NCBI GenBank assembly: GCA_039804105.1
Contig: JBDRZU010000002.1
Span: 32,001-96,000 of the forward strand
Direction: 5' to 3'
Length of the DNA: 64,000 bases
From: a candidate division WOR-3 bacterium
Lineage (GTDB): Bacteria > Hydrothermota > 32-111
Made by a program: the position numbers and the translations under genes. The notes beneath the pieces were generated by a model. It was given only the letters and a program-made list of their open reading frames with translations, had not been told where the DNA came from and searched no databases. Below are positions 9,882-20,033 of this stretch, piece by piece; position 1 is the first letter of the stretch; every line of letters begins with the position of its first letter.

Positions 9882-12623
9882 TTAAATTATATTAAAAATT
9901 TTTAATGTGAACAAAAGATACAGGTTATCCTTTATTATCAGACCTTTTTCTTTATTAAAAATAGGAATCTCCACTTTTCCAAAATCTCCCAAATTGAAGA
10001 CAAGTCCTGTTTGAAAGAAAATATCGGGATCCTTTCCAGCCAATATAAAATCCTGATATAAAAAGTTAATCTTAAATCTTAATCTATTAAAAACATAGTA
10101 TGTTTCTGTTGAATCTATCAGATAGCCATATCCTGAAGAGATGTCTGTAAGAAAGATACCATAGTTTGATATATTTTTACTTATTTTATCAAATAAAGCA
10201 CCTCTTTTCGAAAATAGGTTAATCGATGTTTCTTTGTTACTCTGATCTTTTAAAAATTCACCATCATACATGATACTTCCATTAAGGAACTTGAAACTAT
10301 AATTCGATTCAAGCTGAACCTTTAATTTAGCTGATTTAAAATCTGAATATATAACCGGATTATAGATTTTTGAATCAATGCTTAACTTAAATCCCAGATT
10401 AGATAGATTTTTATAAACTTTATAGTTCATGTTAAAAGAAGCAACATTACCTTCCTCCAAGAGGTATTTGAAATATTCTGAGGGTGATAAACTTTTTCTA
10501 AAAGAATAAAAGATTTCAAAAATCTGTCCAAAATCTTTTTCGTTTGTAAAATAGAACAATTTTGGTTCAACCTTGAAATACTCTTCTGTGAATTTATATC
10601 CGATCCTATCACCTACTTTACTATCCTGATAAAAATTTGTTTCTCCATCAAGATATAAAGATCTATTTTTAATGTTATACCCCAGAAAGAGTTTACTTTC
10701 AAAATCACCTATGAGCGAAAAATATGGAGATGAAATCTTTGGAATATCAAACAACATAAAATTTATCCCAAGAGAAGTTTTTTCAAGGATAGTGTACTTA
10801 TAAAATGGGAAAACATAAAGGTTGTATGCATCTATATCAAAGATTTCAGGGAAAAGATGAATCTTTAACTTCTTTTTCATCAGGTTGTTTGTATATTTTA
10901 CATCAAGAGAAGAATAGTGGGGATCTATAGTTATGTTGGACATCGAACTTTTTTCAAACTTTATGGTATCACTTTCAACTTCAAATTTGACAAGTTTTGA
11001 ACTTTTATCTTTTAAATCAATTCTTACATCAACTGGAAGATCAAGCAAAGAATTATTTTTTACAACAAATTTTATTTTTTCTTTGTCCTCATAAACTTTT
11101 GATAGATAATAATCTGTATAAACATTTTCATACAAAAGATATTTAAGATAAGTTTTGTATTTACCTTCACTTTTTTCGTTAAGAAAATCATAGAATTGTT
11201 CTATTGTAGGATGGGAAAAATTATATTTTTCGAAAAACTCTTTAATGTATATTTCAAAAGTATCCTTCCCGAAAAGATTTTCCAATTTCTTTATTACAAG
11301 GTATCCTTTTGAATAAAAAATGATGTAATTTGATTCTTTTGTATCAAAAGATGAATAATTTATTGGAACACTCTTTTTGCTTTTTTGAAGATTTAAAAAG
11401 TTTAAGTAATGTTGAGTGAAAAGATCAAATACTCTTCTGTTAAAAAGAGTAATCTGATTTTTATCTCCATATTTACATTCCATATATTTAATTTCCGAAT
11501 AGGTGGCAAATCCCTCATCTATAAAGGGTTCCATCGCTTCATTTGAACCTATGATAAGATAGAACCACTGATGCGCTATCTCATGAGATAAAACATCCTG
11601 AACATATTTGTAATCAACAATTTTTTTTAACCTTTTGTCAAATTTTATAATTGGACCCATAACTATAAACTGTGGATACTCCATTCCACCACCAGCTCTT
11701 AACAGACCATCCACTATTGTTATCTTATCATACGGATAAGGGTAGTATAGAGTGGAATAGAAATCTATCATTTCAAAAACTTCATCTATAACATCACGGT
11801 AAACATCGTAATTTTTTCTTTCACAAACTATTTCAATTTCAATACCATCTTTTATCTTCTTTAGATAGGAAAAATCAGTTTGTAACGAAAATGCAAGGTC
11901 ATTCACATTTTTAGCTGTTACTTCTACTATTTTTGTTGTTGTATCATTTTTTTCAAATTTGAATCTGAAATTTTTATCCTTTAAAAGTGAATCCAAAAAC
12001 AAAGAATCACTTTTTTCATAACTTACTCTTCCAGTTGAAAAAAGAAAATATTTCTTGGGAATTCTTATCCTCATCGAATAATCACCATACTCGTTGAAGA
12101 ATTCACTGTTTTTATCGATTTTAAAATCTGCCCATTTCTTATTTTTATAAACAGCGACTTTTGGATACCATTGTGAAATATCATACTTCCCTTTTAAATA
12201 TCCTTCGCGCAAAAATGGATATGGGACTTTGTTTTTAAAATATACTTTTAAACTGATAGAATCGTTTGGCAGAAGTTTTCTTTTTAAATTCAAGTAACCT
12301 ATTGTTTCGTCAACAATAAACGAATCATTTCTTTCTCCGTTCTCGAATATTGAATCAACAGTGGTAAACCCTTCTTTTTCAGGTTTTACCTTTTCTTTGA
12401 AAAATGGACTTCCATTCTTAAAATAGTTTGCATAAAGATGGAGAACGATTTTATCCAAAGTATCCTGAGAAAAATTTTTATAATTGATCAAAGCATAGCC
12501 GTGTATTTCCTTTTTTTTATCATCAAGTTCAACATCAAAAAAATAATCGCTTCTGTTAGTTTTAAAGGCAAAAATTGAAATTGAATAAAAAATTGATAAA
12601 AACAAAAAAATTTTTTTAAACAT
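9882..12623 (-). CDS. M1 family zinc aminopeptidase with signal peptide and long C-terminal extension
   Basis: ATG 12623 after AGGAG; QWYPKVAVY, GGMEYP, and HEIAHQWF..x18..EGFATY zinc motif. Confidence 0.88.
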   Translation of the reverse strand: MFKKIFLFLSIFYSISIFAFKTNRSDYFFDVELDDKKKEIHGYALINYKNFSQDTLDKIVLHLYANYFKNGSPFFKEKVKPEKEGFTTVDSIFENGERNDSFIVDETIGYLNLKRKLLPNDSISLKVYFKNKVPYPFLREGYLKGKYDISQWYPKVAVYKNKKWADFKIDKNSEFFNEYGDYSMRIRIPKKYFLFSTGRVSYEKSDSLFLDSLLKDKNFRFKFEKNDTTTKIVEVTAKNVNDLAFSLQTDFSYLKKIKDGIEIEIVCERKNYDVYRDVIDEVFEMIDFYSTLYYPYPYDKITIVDGLLRAGGGMEYPQFIVMGPIIKFDKRLKKIVDYKYVQDVLSHEIAHQWFYLIIGSNEAMEPFIDEGFATYSEIKYMECKYGDKNQITLFNRRVFDLFTQHYLNFLNLQKSKKSVPINYSSFDTKESNYIIFYSKGYLVIKKLENLFGKDTFEIYIKEFFEKYNFSHPTIEQFYDFLNEKSEGKYKTYLKYLLYENVYTDYYLSKVYEDKEKIKFVVKNNSLLDLPVDVRIDLKDKSSKLVKFEVESDTIKFEKSSMSNITIDPHYSSLDVKYTNNLMKKKLKIHLFPEIFDIDAYNLYVFPFYKYTILEKTSLGINFMLFDIPKISSPYFSLIGDFESKLFLGYNIKNRSLYLDGETNFYQDSKVGDRIGYKFTEEYFKVEPKLFYFTNEKDFGQIFEIFYSFRKSLSPSEYFKYLLEEGNVASFNMNYKVYKNLSNLGFKLSIDSKIYNPVIYSDFKSAKLKVQLESNYSFKFLNGSIMYDGEFLKDQSNKETSINLFSKRGALFDKISKNISNYGIFLTDISSGYGYLIDSTETYYVFNRLRFKINFLYQDFILAGKDPDIFFQTGLVFNLGDFGKVEIPIFNKEKGLIIKDNLYLLFTLKIFNII

Positions 12624-14733
12624 TTTCAAACTCCTTTTTTGAATAAAATAAAAAAACGATGAAGGAAACTAAAGAAATAAATAATCCAAGAAAAAGATCA
12701 AAAGGTAAAAACATTTTTTTAAATTTTTCTAAACTTCCATCGACAGGATTTACAAAACTTTTATCACCTTTCAAATCGCTATCTCTTTTAAAAAGATAAA
12801 AAGGTTTCTTGGATACGGTTTGAAAATTTGAGTTTTCGAAAAGGTATGTGAAATGAAGTATTTTACCTGTTGAAAATTTTTTTACCATATATATTTTTGC
12901 ATTTCCAAAAATCCTCATTGTTCCTTTCACAACAACTAACCCACATTTGAGATTTTGAATATCTTTCAAATATTCTTCCATACAATCAAATTCGGTAACA
13001 TTTTTTAATTCACCTGTATAAAATATGACGAAGGTATCAGAGAAATTTTCTTTAAATTTTATCGTCAAAAAATTTTTTACATTCAAAATTATTGGTATAT
13101 CGGGAACAAAAACATAATCGTAATTTAAAAATAAAGGATTAAAAAGAAAATTGATGTTTGAAAATCCCCCCTGCATTATCATAGGATCATCAAAAAAATC
13201 CACATACTTTTTGAATGTAAAATTCTGATAAAGATTGAAGGAATATGCACTGTAGTATATACCTCTGTTTCCATAAGAAGAATACCTTTTTAAAATTTCA
13301 AGATTATCAATTTTAAAATGATTTTTAATATAGTCTTTGTAAAAAAGAACATCCTCTGGGATATATGTTACTATATATTTGTCTTTTAAAAAATCATAAC
13401 TTTCATTCTTAAGATTTTTCAACCTTTCATATTTCAAAATTCCACCCGTTGAAAGAAAAATATCAAAAAATATTATAACAACAAGAACAGAAAATTTTAT
13501 TTCCTTTTGAAAATGTTTCATTGAATCAACATAAAAAAACAGAATGTATACGATAAAAAAAAGAATCTGCAGAATGAATCTTTCGAAACGAAATCCTTTT
13601 ACAATAATCAAAACAAGAAATAGAACGAAAACGAAAATGTTAAATAGGAGAAACCTTTTATCTATGTTTTTCAACATATCAAACATAAAAAGGAACAAAA
13701 AAGAAATGACAAAAAGATAGATAGATCTCGTTGGAGAAAGAAATATCTTAAATCCAAAAAAATTAAAAAATGCCAAAGATAAAAAAAACAGTGGAACTAT
13801 GATCTTGAAAAAGTTTTTAAACTCTTTTTTCAATATCGCGACATAAATAAAATAGTTTATCGTAAAAAAGAACATCAAAGAAAAATAGAAAGATGTTTCA
13901 TTTATATTGAATGTCCCCTGGTATTCACTCCTAAAAATTCGAGATACTCCCCCAAAAAGATCAGGGAAAATGGTTAAAATAAGATATTTTAAAGGTAAAA
14001 CATTATAATCGAGTTCATTTCTGAAAGAGTATTTAAAAACATTAAAAGTTGGCATTAAAATAAAAAGTGAAATAAATGTTGAGAAAAAAATTGCCATAAA
14101 AAAATAAACAAAATTTTTCAAACTCCTATACTTTGTAAACATAATGATAAAAGATAAAATCAAAGTGTAAAAAAATATTTGTGGATGACCTGCAAGTAAA
14201 AGAAGAAAAAAGAAAATCACCATTATTATAAAATTTTTTCTATTACTCTTTTCATAAAAATCGATAAGAAAAAATATTGCATAAGGGGAAATCGATAAAG
14301 AAGATAACATCGTATAATGCGGTATATGTGAAACAAAAAACGAGGAAAAAGTCGTAAGAAATGAGATGATAAATGAAAGATCATCTTCAACTTTCAATTT
14401 TTTTAAAAGAATGTATACACCGATAAAAAAGATCAACACATTTAAAAGTGCAATTATTTGAACAATGAAAAAAATATCAAAAGGTAAAAGTACAAGCCAG
14501 TTCAAAGGATAGTAAAAACAATTCTGAATGTCTTTGTATATTGGAAATCCAAGTCCAAAAGATTTTTCACAAAGGGGGAAATCAAATTTTGAAAAAGAAT
14601 TTTTTAAAAGAACCAGTTTTGGTACATACTCATCAAGGAGATCTCCATCGAGAATCCCATATCCTAAAAAAATCTTATAGAAAAATATAAAAAAAAGGAT
14701 AGCAAAAATTGATAATTTTAATTTCCTATCCAT
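12616..14733 (-). CDS. Polytopic membrane protein, YfhO/GT-C-like glycosyltransferase
   Basis: Many TM segments; N-terminal loop GDLLDEYVP..FPL..GLGFPIYKDIQNCFYYPLN and LLAGHPQ resemble YfhO-like GT-C enzymes; next to sugar-nucleotide genes. Confidence 0.62.
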   Translation of the reverse strand: MDRKLKLSIFAILFFIFFYKIFLGYGILDGDLLDEYVPKLVLLKNSFSKFDFPLCEKSFGLGFPIYKDIQNCFYYPLNWLVLLPFDIFFIVQIIALLNVLIFFIGVYILLKKLKVEDDLSFIISFLTTFSSFFVSHIPHYTMLSSLSISPYAIFFLIDFYEKSNRKNFIIMVIFFFLLLLAGHPQIFFYTLILSFIIMFTKYRSLKNFVYFFMAIFFSTFISLFILMPTFNVFKYSFRNELDYNVLPLKYLILTIFPDLFGGVSRIFRSEYQGTFNINETSFYFSLMFFFTINYFIYVAILKKEFKNFFKIIVPLFFLSLAFFNFFGFKIFLSPTRSIYLFVISFLFLFMFDMLKNIDKRFLLFNIFVFVLFLVLIIVKGFRFERFILQILFFIVYILFFYVDSMKHFQKEIKFSVLVVIIFFDIFLSTGGILKYERLKNLKNESYDFLKDKYIVTYIPEDVLFYKDYIKNHFKIDNLEILKRYSSYGNRGIYYSAYSFNLYQNFTFKKYVDFFDDPMIMQGGFSNINFLFNPLFLNYDYVFVPDIPIILNVKNFLTIKFKENFSDTFVIFYTGELKNVTEFDCMEEYLKDIQNLKCGLVVVKGTMRIFGNAKIYMVKKFSTGKILHFTYLFENSNFQTVSKKPFYLFKRDSDLKGDKSFVNPVDGSLEKFKKMFLPFDLFLGLFISLVSFIVFLFYSKKEFENV

Positions 14734-14739
14734 TTTTTT

Positions 14740-14767
14740 ATTATAGGTTATTTATCCGAAAGGTCAA
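14740..14767 (-). promoter_or_regulatory. Internal sigma70 promoter, probably giving a leaderless YfhO-like mRNA
   Basis: TTGACC (14767-14762), 16 nt, TATAAT (14745-14740), 6 nt, ATG (14733); no SD. Confidence 0.6.
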
Positions 14768-15479
14768 CTTCTTTTCTTAAAACTATAAAAGATGAAATCC
14801 CAAGAGGAATAATATGTTTTGTTGAGAGATAAAACTCGATTAAAAAAATCTTATCCAGTATAAAGTTGGTCATCCTGTTTATCTGTTTAACATCTGAACT
14901 TTCCTCGTATGAAAAAAATTCAAAAACAAATTTTCTTAAAAAAATTATTAAAGGTAAAAAGACAAAATTCCAGAATACTTTTTCTTTTATCACAAATCCA
15001 TATTTTTTGAATTTTTTAAAATCTTTTATTTCAAACCTTATATCATTGTTTACAGCAATATCATGCTTTGAATACAAAAACTTAAACATAGGTAGATTCA
15101 AAAAAACATAACCACCATCTTTCAAAACTCTGTTGTACTCGAACATAACTTTTTCGAAATCAACATCTTTATGCTGTAAAAGGTCAAAGGAAAAGATTAT
15201 TTCAAAACTCTTACTTTTAAATGGAAGGTTGTTCGCATCTCCATTCACAAGAATCTTGCAATACCTTTTTGCTATAGAGTTTAAAGCGTAAAAACTATAG
15301 TCAAGCCCAATACAGTTCTCAATTTCTTTCAGATCTCTACCTGTTCCACACGCAGAATCTAAGATGGTTCCCTTGTTATAATACTTATTTATAAAATGAT
15401 GAGTTAATCTTCTCTTATTTTTGAACCAGAAATGTGTCTCTTCAACCTGACTCACATTATCAAATTCTATATCTCTCAT
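14748..15479 (-). CDS. Class I SAM-dependent methyltransferase
   Basis: EETHFWF, ILDSACGTG motif I, GDANNLPF, RVLKDGG. Confidence 0.88.
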   Translation of the reverse strand: MRDIEFDNVSQVEETHFWFKNKRRLTHHFINKYYNKGTILDSACGTGRDLKEIENCIGLDYSFYALNSIAKRYCKILVNGDANNLPFKSKSFEIIFSFDLLQHKDVDFEKVMFEYNRVLKDGGYVFLNLPMFKFLYSKHDIAVNNDIRFEIKDFKKFKKYGFVIKEKVFWNFVFLPLIIFLRKFVFEFFSYEESSDVKQINRMTNFILDKIFLIEFYLSTKHIIPLGISSFIVLRKEVDLSDK

Positions 15480-16543
15480 CTAAAAGAGTTCACTCCATCA
15501 ATAACTTTTTCTATCTCCTCATCTGTCATCTCAGGGAAAATAGGTAAAGAAAGTTCAGTTGAAGATAATCTTTCAGAATGAGGGAAAAAACAATTTCTGT
15601 AGAAATATTTTTGCTTATGAATAGGATATGGATAATGGATCGCTGTTAAGATACCTTCTTTTTCAAGATGTTTTTTTAATAGGTCTCGTTTTTCTGAAAA
15701 TATTGGGAAAAGATGACCGTTGGATGTTTCAAAATATCTTGAAGAAGGAAGTTGGATGTTTTTATTATTTATTCCATCCCTATATTTTTTCATTATCTTT
15801 CTTCTTTGCGAATTTTTTTCTTTCAAATTTTTGATCTTTTCAAGAAGTACCAATGCTTGCAATTCATCCAACCTACTGTTTATACCTTCAATCTCTGCAG
15901 AGTATATCTCTTTCTGTCCATAGTTTCTCATTTTTTGCAAAATTTCATAAAGATTTTTATCATCCGTTGCTATAGCCCCACCATCACCATAACATCCAAG
16001 GTTTTTGGTTGGATAGAAAGAAAACGCTGAAAGTATTGAAAAGTTACCTGTGTGTTTGCCGTTAACATAGGTATCTATCGATTGAGAACAATCCTCAACA
16101 AGTGTTATTCCTTTTTTTTCACATAGATCCTTTAAAATATCAACATATTCCGCCTGTCCATAAAGATGGACAGCAAGTAAAACATCTATTCTTTTTCTAC
16201 TTTTTTTAAACTGATCGATATTTAAAAGACCTGTATTATCGTAAGTATCAAAAAGCACAATTTCGCAATCAGCCATTTTTATCGCTTGAGCACAAGGAAG
16301 AGGGTTTGAAGCAGCAAGCCCAACAGTTTTCGCTTTTAACGCTCTGAAAATTAAATACAACGAATCTGTCGCATTACCGGTTCCAACAACATACTTTTTT
16401 CCTATAAAATTTCCTAATACCTTTTCAAACTCTTCGTTATACTGTCCAAGAATAAATTTTCCTTTTTCATAAAAATCATTAAGACGTTTTTTTATTCTTT
16501 TAAACTCTTCTTTATCCCTGTTCAACTGACAAAAAGGTATCAT
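15476..16543 (-). CDS. DegT/DnrJ/EryC1/StrS sugar aminotransferase (FdtB/QdtB-like)
   Basis: VHLYGQ, VEDCSQS, SFYPTKNLGCYGDGG (PLP Lys), NSRLDELQA, IHYP, LSLPIFP. Confidence 0.92.
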   Translation of the reverse strand: MIPFCQLNRDKEEFKRIKKRLNDFYEKGKFILGQYNEEFEKVLGNFIGKKYVVGTGNATDSLYLIFRALKAKTVGLAASNPLPCAQAIKMADCEIVLFDTYDNTGLLNIDQFKKSRKRIDVLLAVHLYGQAEYVDILKDLCEKKGITLVEDCSQSIDTYVNGKHTGNFSILSAFSFYPTKNLGCYGDGGAIATDDKNLYEILQKMRNYGQKEIYSAEIEGINSRLDELQALVLLEKIKNLKEKNSQRRKIMKKYRDGINNKNIQLPSSRYFETSNGHLFPIFSEKRDLLKKHLEKEGILTAIHYPYPIHKQKYFYRNCFFPHSERLSSTELSLPIFPEMTDEEIEKVIDGVNSFR

Positions 16544-17517
16544 AGATAGTATCCCTTATATTTTTGGAAATATTCATAAGTATTTTTCAAACCTTCATCA
16601 ATTGATGTTTCCTCTTTATGGTTCAACAATTCTTTAACTTTACTATTGTCTGTCTTGAATGATCCTATATCAATATTTTTTAACTCTTCAGGGAAAGGTA
16701 TAAAAATCAGCGATGATTTTGGATTGAGTTTAACAAGTTTTTCTGCAATCGCTTTCAAAGAATAAGAATTATCAGATCCAACATTGAAAATTCCACTGTT
16801 ATCAGAAATCATAGCGTTGTATAAAGTTTTTACAAGATCTTTTACATACAGAAGATCTCTTAAAATTGATCCATCCCCATAAAGTTCTATAGGATTGTTT
16901 GTTATAACCCTGTTAACAAACCATCCGATAAAAGACAACCTTTTATCCCTGATATGCATACCTTCGCCATATATATTCGATAATCTTAAAATTGTAAGAT
17001 TGAACCCATAATATTTTGAATATAGTGAATAATACATCTCTGTTGTATATTTGTTTATACCGTTTACATCAACCGGATTTATTGAAGAATTCTCATCAAC
17101 AGGGAATTTGTCCTGTTTCCCATATATCTGTCGTGTTGATAGATATACAACCTTTTTGTTTTTATATTTTTTTAAAACTTCAAGAAACTTGATATGTTCA
17201 ACAGTGTTGTTTTCAAGATCAAAAAGAGGATTTTTCATCGAATCAGAATGACTTATCAACGCAGCAAGATCAACAATACAATCAGCATTTTTTATGATCT
17301 CTTTAAATTTCTCTGCATTGCCCATCGATTCCTCTATTATACTCACTTTCTCCTTTTTTAAACTCAAAAGATGGAACTCGTTGTATCCTGATGAAGTATT
17401 TTTGGAATCGACAATTGTGATATCAAGATCTTTTTCAAGAAGATGTTTTGTTAAGTTAAATCCTATAAAACCTAATCCACCTAAAAGAACAACAGATTTT
17501 ATTTTTGCTTTTTTCAT
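16540..17517 (-). CDS. NAD-dependent epimerase/dehydratase (extended SDR) with atypical catalytic motif
   Basis: GGLGFIG Rossmann motif, STRQIYG, PVDVNGINK (N where YxxxK has Y), LRLSNIYG, RDLLYVKD. Start could instead be GTG 17523. Confidence 0.88.
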   Translation of the reverse strand: MKKAKIKSVVLLGGLGFIGFNLTKHLLEKDLDITIVDSKNTSSGYNEFHLLSLKKEKVSIIEESMGNAEKFKEIIKNADCIVDLAALISHSDSMKNPLFDLENNTVEHIKFLEVLKKYKNKKVVYLSTRQIYGKQDKFPVDENSSINPVDVNGINKYTTEMYYSLYSKYYGFNLTILRLSNIYGEGMHIRDKRLSFIGWFVNRVITNNPIELYGDGSILRDLLYVKDLVKTLYNAMISDNSGIFNVGSDNSYSLKAIAEKLVKLNPKSSLIFIPFPEELKNIDIGSFKTDNSKVKELLNHKEETSIDEGLKNTYEYFQKYKGYYL

Positions 17518-17523
17518 ATACAC

Positions 17524-18234
17524 CTATACCCTTTTACCTATAAGATTATACCATAAAACTATTATATGTAAAAATACAAAAAATAATCTTTTGAAATTAA
17601 AAAATTGTGAACTCCCAAATTCTCTTTCGTAATGGTTTACACCAACCTGTTTTACTTTTCCCTTTTTCAGTTCAATTTTTTTTATCATTTCAACACATAT
17701 GGTCCCTGATTTTGAAAAAAATTTTTCATCCTTAAAAATATCTTTCCTTATTATTCTGAAATCACAATCGATATCTTTTAATTTTATTCCAAAGAAAAAT
17801 TTCATAAAAGTATTGTACATTTTACCGATAACTATTCTATAGAAAGGGTCGTTTCTTGTGATCTTATATCCGTTAACAAGATCAGTATCCTCATCTAAAA
17901 GTTTTATAAGTTTTTCAATCTCTCCAGGATCATACTGACCATCTCCATCTGTATAGAAAAAGTAATCATATTTTGCATTTTTTAAACCATCAACAATCGT
18001 TGCACCATATCCCATATTTTTTTCATGTAATATTACCCTGAGTTTAGGATTCACTTTTGCTCTTTCAAGGAGAATTTCCCTTGCTCCATCCATTGAAAAA
18101 TCGTCTACAACTATTATCTCATAATCCTGTGTATACTTTTTTAATTTCTCTTCAACTTTATCTATGAGTTTTGTTATCGTTTCCCTGTCGTTATAACAGG
18201 GAAACATCGCTGAGATCTTTATAGCTTTTTTCAT
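17524..18234 (-). CDS. Glycosyltransferase family 2 (polyprenol-phosphate glycosyltransferase, DPM1/ArnC-like)
   Basis: PCYND, VVDDFSMDG, HEKNMGYG, YTDGDGQYDP, DIDCDFR. Confidence 0.9.
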   Translation of the reverse strand: MKKAIKISAMFPCYNDRETITKLIDKVEEKLKKYTQDYEIIVVDDFSMDGAREILLERAKVNPKLRVILHEKNMGYGATIVDGLKNAKYDYFFYTDGDGQYDPGEIEKLIKLLDEDTDLVNGYKITRNDPFYRIVIGKMYNTFMKFFFGIKLKDIDCDFRIIRKDIFKDEKFFSKSGTICVEMIKKIELKKGKVKQVGVNHYEREFGSSQFFNFKRLFFVFLHIIVLWYNLIGKRV

Positions 18235-19229
18235 CTATCTTTCAATTTTTTTATAAGGATTGGAACAACCTCAAAAAGATCTCCAACTATTCCATAATCA
18301 GCGACCTGGAAAATTGGAGCATTAGGATCTTTGTTGATCGCTATTATAACATCAGAAGATTTCATGCCTGCAAGATGCTGTATAGCACCAGATATTCCTA
18401 AAGCTACATAAAGTTTCGGTGATACAGTTTTTCCTGTCTGCCCAACCTGATGGGAGAATGGAAGCCATCCATCATCTATGCATGGTCTTGAAGCACCAAC
18501 AGCACCATTTAAAATTTCTGCAAGTTCAAACACAAGGTTGAAATTTTCTTTACTCTTCAAACCTCTTCCACCTGAAACTATCACATCAGCATCCGAAAGA
18601 TTCACCGTTTGTGTTTCATCTTTCGTAAACGAAATATATTCAACTCGATCATCAATCATCTCATCTTTAAAATCAAACTTTTCAACAGTTCCACTTCTTG
18701 ATCCATCTATTGGCGCCTCTTTAAACACCTTGTGCCTTACGGTTGCCATCTGTGGCCTTCTGTTTGGAGTGATTATTGTAGCCATTATCGATCCACCTGC
18801 TGCTGGTCTTGTTTGCAACAGTTTCCCATCCTCCTGATCGATATCAAGTTCTGTACAATCTGCTGTAAGTCCTGTTTCCAGTTTTGCTGAAACTCTTGGG
18901 AAAAGCGATCTGCCAAGATTCGTCGATCCAGCAAGAAAAATTTCCGGTTTATATTTTTTCACAACCTCAACAATAACATTCGAATAGGTAGAATCAACAA
19001 AATCTTTTAACCTTTTATCATCAACAAAGATAACTCTGTCTGAACCCCTTTTTATGAGTTGATCTGAAAATTTTTCAACATCATACCCAACTATCAAACT
19101 TATAAGTTCAACATTTCTTTTATCAGCGAGTTCTCTTCCCTTATTCAAAAGTTCAAAAGATACTCCTTCTATCTTCCCTTCTCTGTTTTCAATAAAGACC
19201 ATGACTCCTTTATAATCTTTCAAATCCAT
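18231..19229 (-). CDS. etfA: Electron transfer flavoprotein alpha subunit
   Basis: [58 protein letters not shown]. Confidence 0.95.
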   Translation of the reverse strand: MDLKDYKGVMVFIENREGKIEGVSFELLNKGRELADKRNVELISLIVGYDVEKFSDQLIKRGSDRVIFVDDKRLKDFVDSTYSNVIVEVVKKYKPEIFLAGSTNLGRSLFPRVSAKLETGLTADCTELDIDQEDGKLLQTRPAAGGSIMATIITPNRRPQMATVRHKVFKEAPIDGSRSGTVEKFDFKDEMIDDRVEYISFTKDETQTVNLSDADVIVSGGRGLKSKENFNLVFELAEILNGAVGASRPCIDDGWLPFSHQVGQTGKTVSPKLYVALGISGAIQHLAGMKSSDVIIAINKDPNAPIFQVADYGIVGDLFEVVPILIKKLKDR

Positions 19230-19238
19230 ATTAACTCC

Positions 19239-20033
19239 TTAGATGATAGATTTTTTCTTTAACTCGTTTATAAGATTCTCAACATTCTTTTGTTGATCCT
19301 CATCAGCAAAGATTATATTTTCTTTTTCTATAGTTGGTGTAAACGCTTTTATCACCCATGTTGGAGAACCTTTAAGTCCACATTTTGATAGATCTATGCC
19401 CAAAAAATTAGCATCCCAAACAGGTATCTCTTCTTTTTTTGCTCTCATTTTTCCTCTCAAAGAAGGAAGTCGCGGCTCGTTCAATTCTTTAATACATGTT
19501 AAAGCCGCAGGTAATTTTACTTTTAGGGTCTCATAACCAGTTTCCATACTTCTTTCAGCAACAATATGATCACTATTTATTTCAACAATCTTTCTGACAA
19601 ATGTTATCTGAGGTATATCGAGCAATGATGCAACTTCTGGTCCAACCTGAGCAGTATCTCCATCGATAGCCATTTTTCCAAAAAGGATAAGATCAATTTT
19701 ACCAAGTTTTTTTATTGCTTCAGAAAGAACATAACTCGTAGCGAGCGTATCACTTGCAGCGAAAGATTTGTCGGATATTAAAATCGCTTTATCAACACCC
19801 ATAGATATAACTTCCCTTAAAGCATTCTCTGCCTGTTTTGGCCCCATAGATATTGCTGTTATCGTTGAATCGGGGAAATATTTTTCTTTTATTCTTAAGG
19901 CCTCTTCAACAGCGTAAAGATCAAAAGGGTTCACAATATTTTCTACACCTTCCCTTTTTATAGTTTTCGTTTCAGGATCAAATTTCATCTGACTCGTGTC
20001 CGGAACCTGTTTTACACACACAACGATATTCAT
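19239..20033 (-). CDS. etfB: Electron transfer flavoprotein beta subunit
   Basis: MNIVVCVKQVPDT, NPFD, DTLATS, GKMAIDGDTAQVGP, NEPRLPS, GLKGSPT. Confidence 0.95.
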   Translation of the reverse strand: MNIVVCVKQVPDTSQMKFDPETKTIKREGVENIVNPFDLYAVEEALRIKEKYFPDSTITAISMGPKQAENALREVISMGVDKAILISDKSFAASDTLATSYVLSEAIKKLGKIDLILFGKMAIDGDTAQVGPEVASLLDIPQITFVRKIVEINSDHIVAERSMETGYETLKVKLPAALTCIKELNEPRLPSLRGKMRAKKEEIPVWDANFLGIDLSKCGLKGSPTWVIKAFTPTIEKENIIFADEDQQKNVENLINELKKKSII

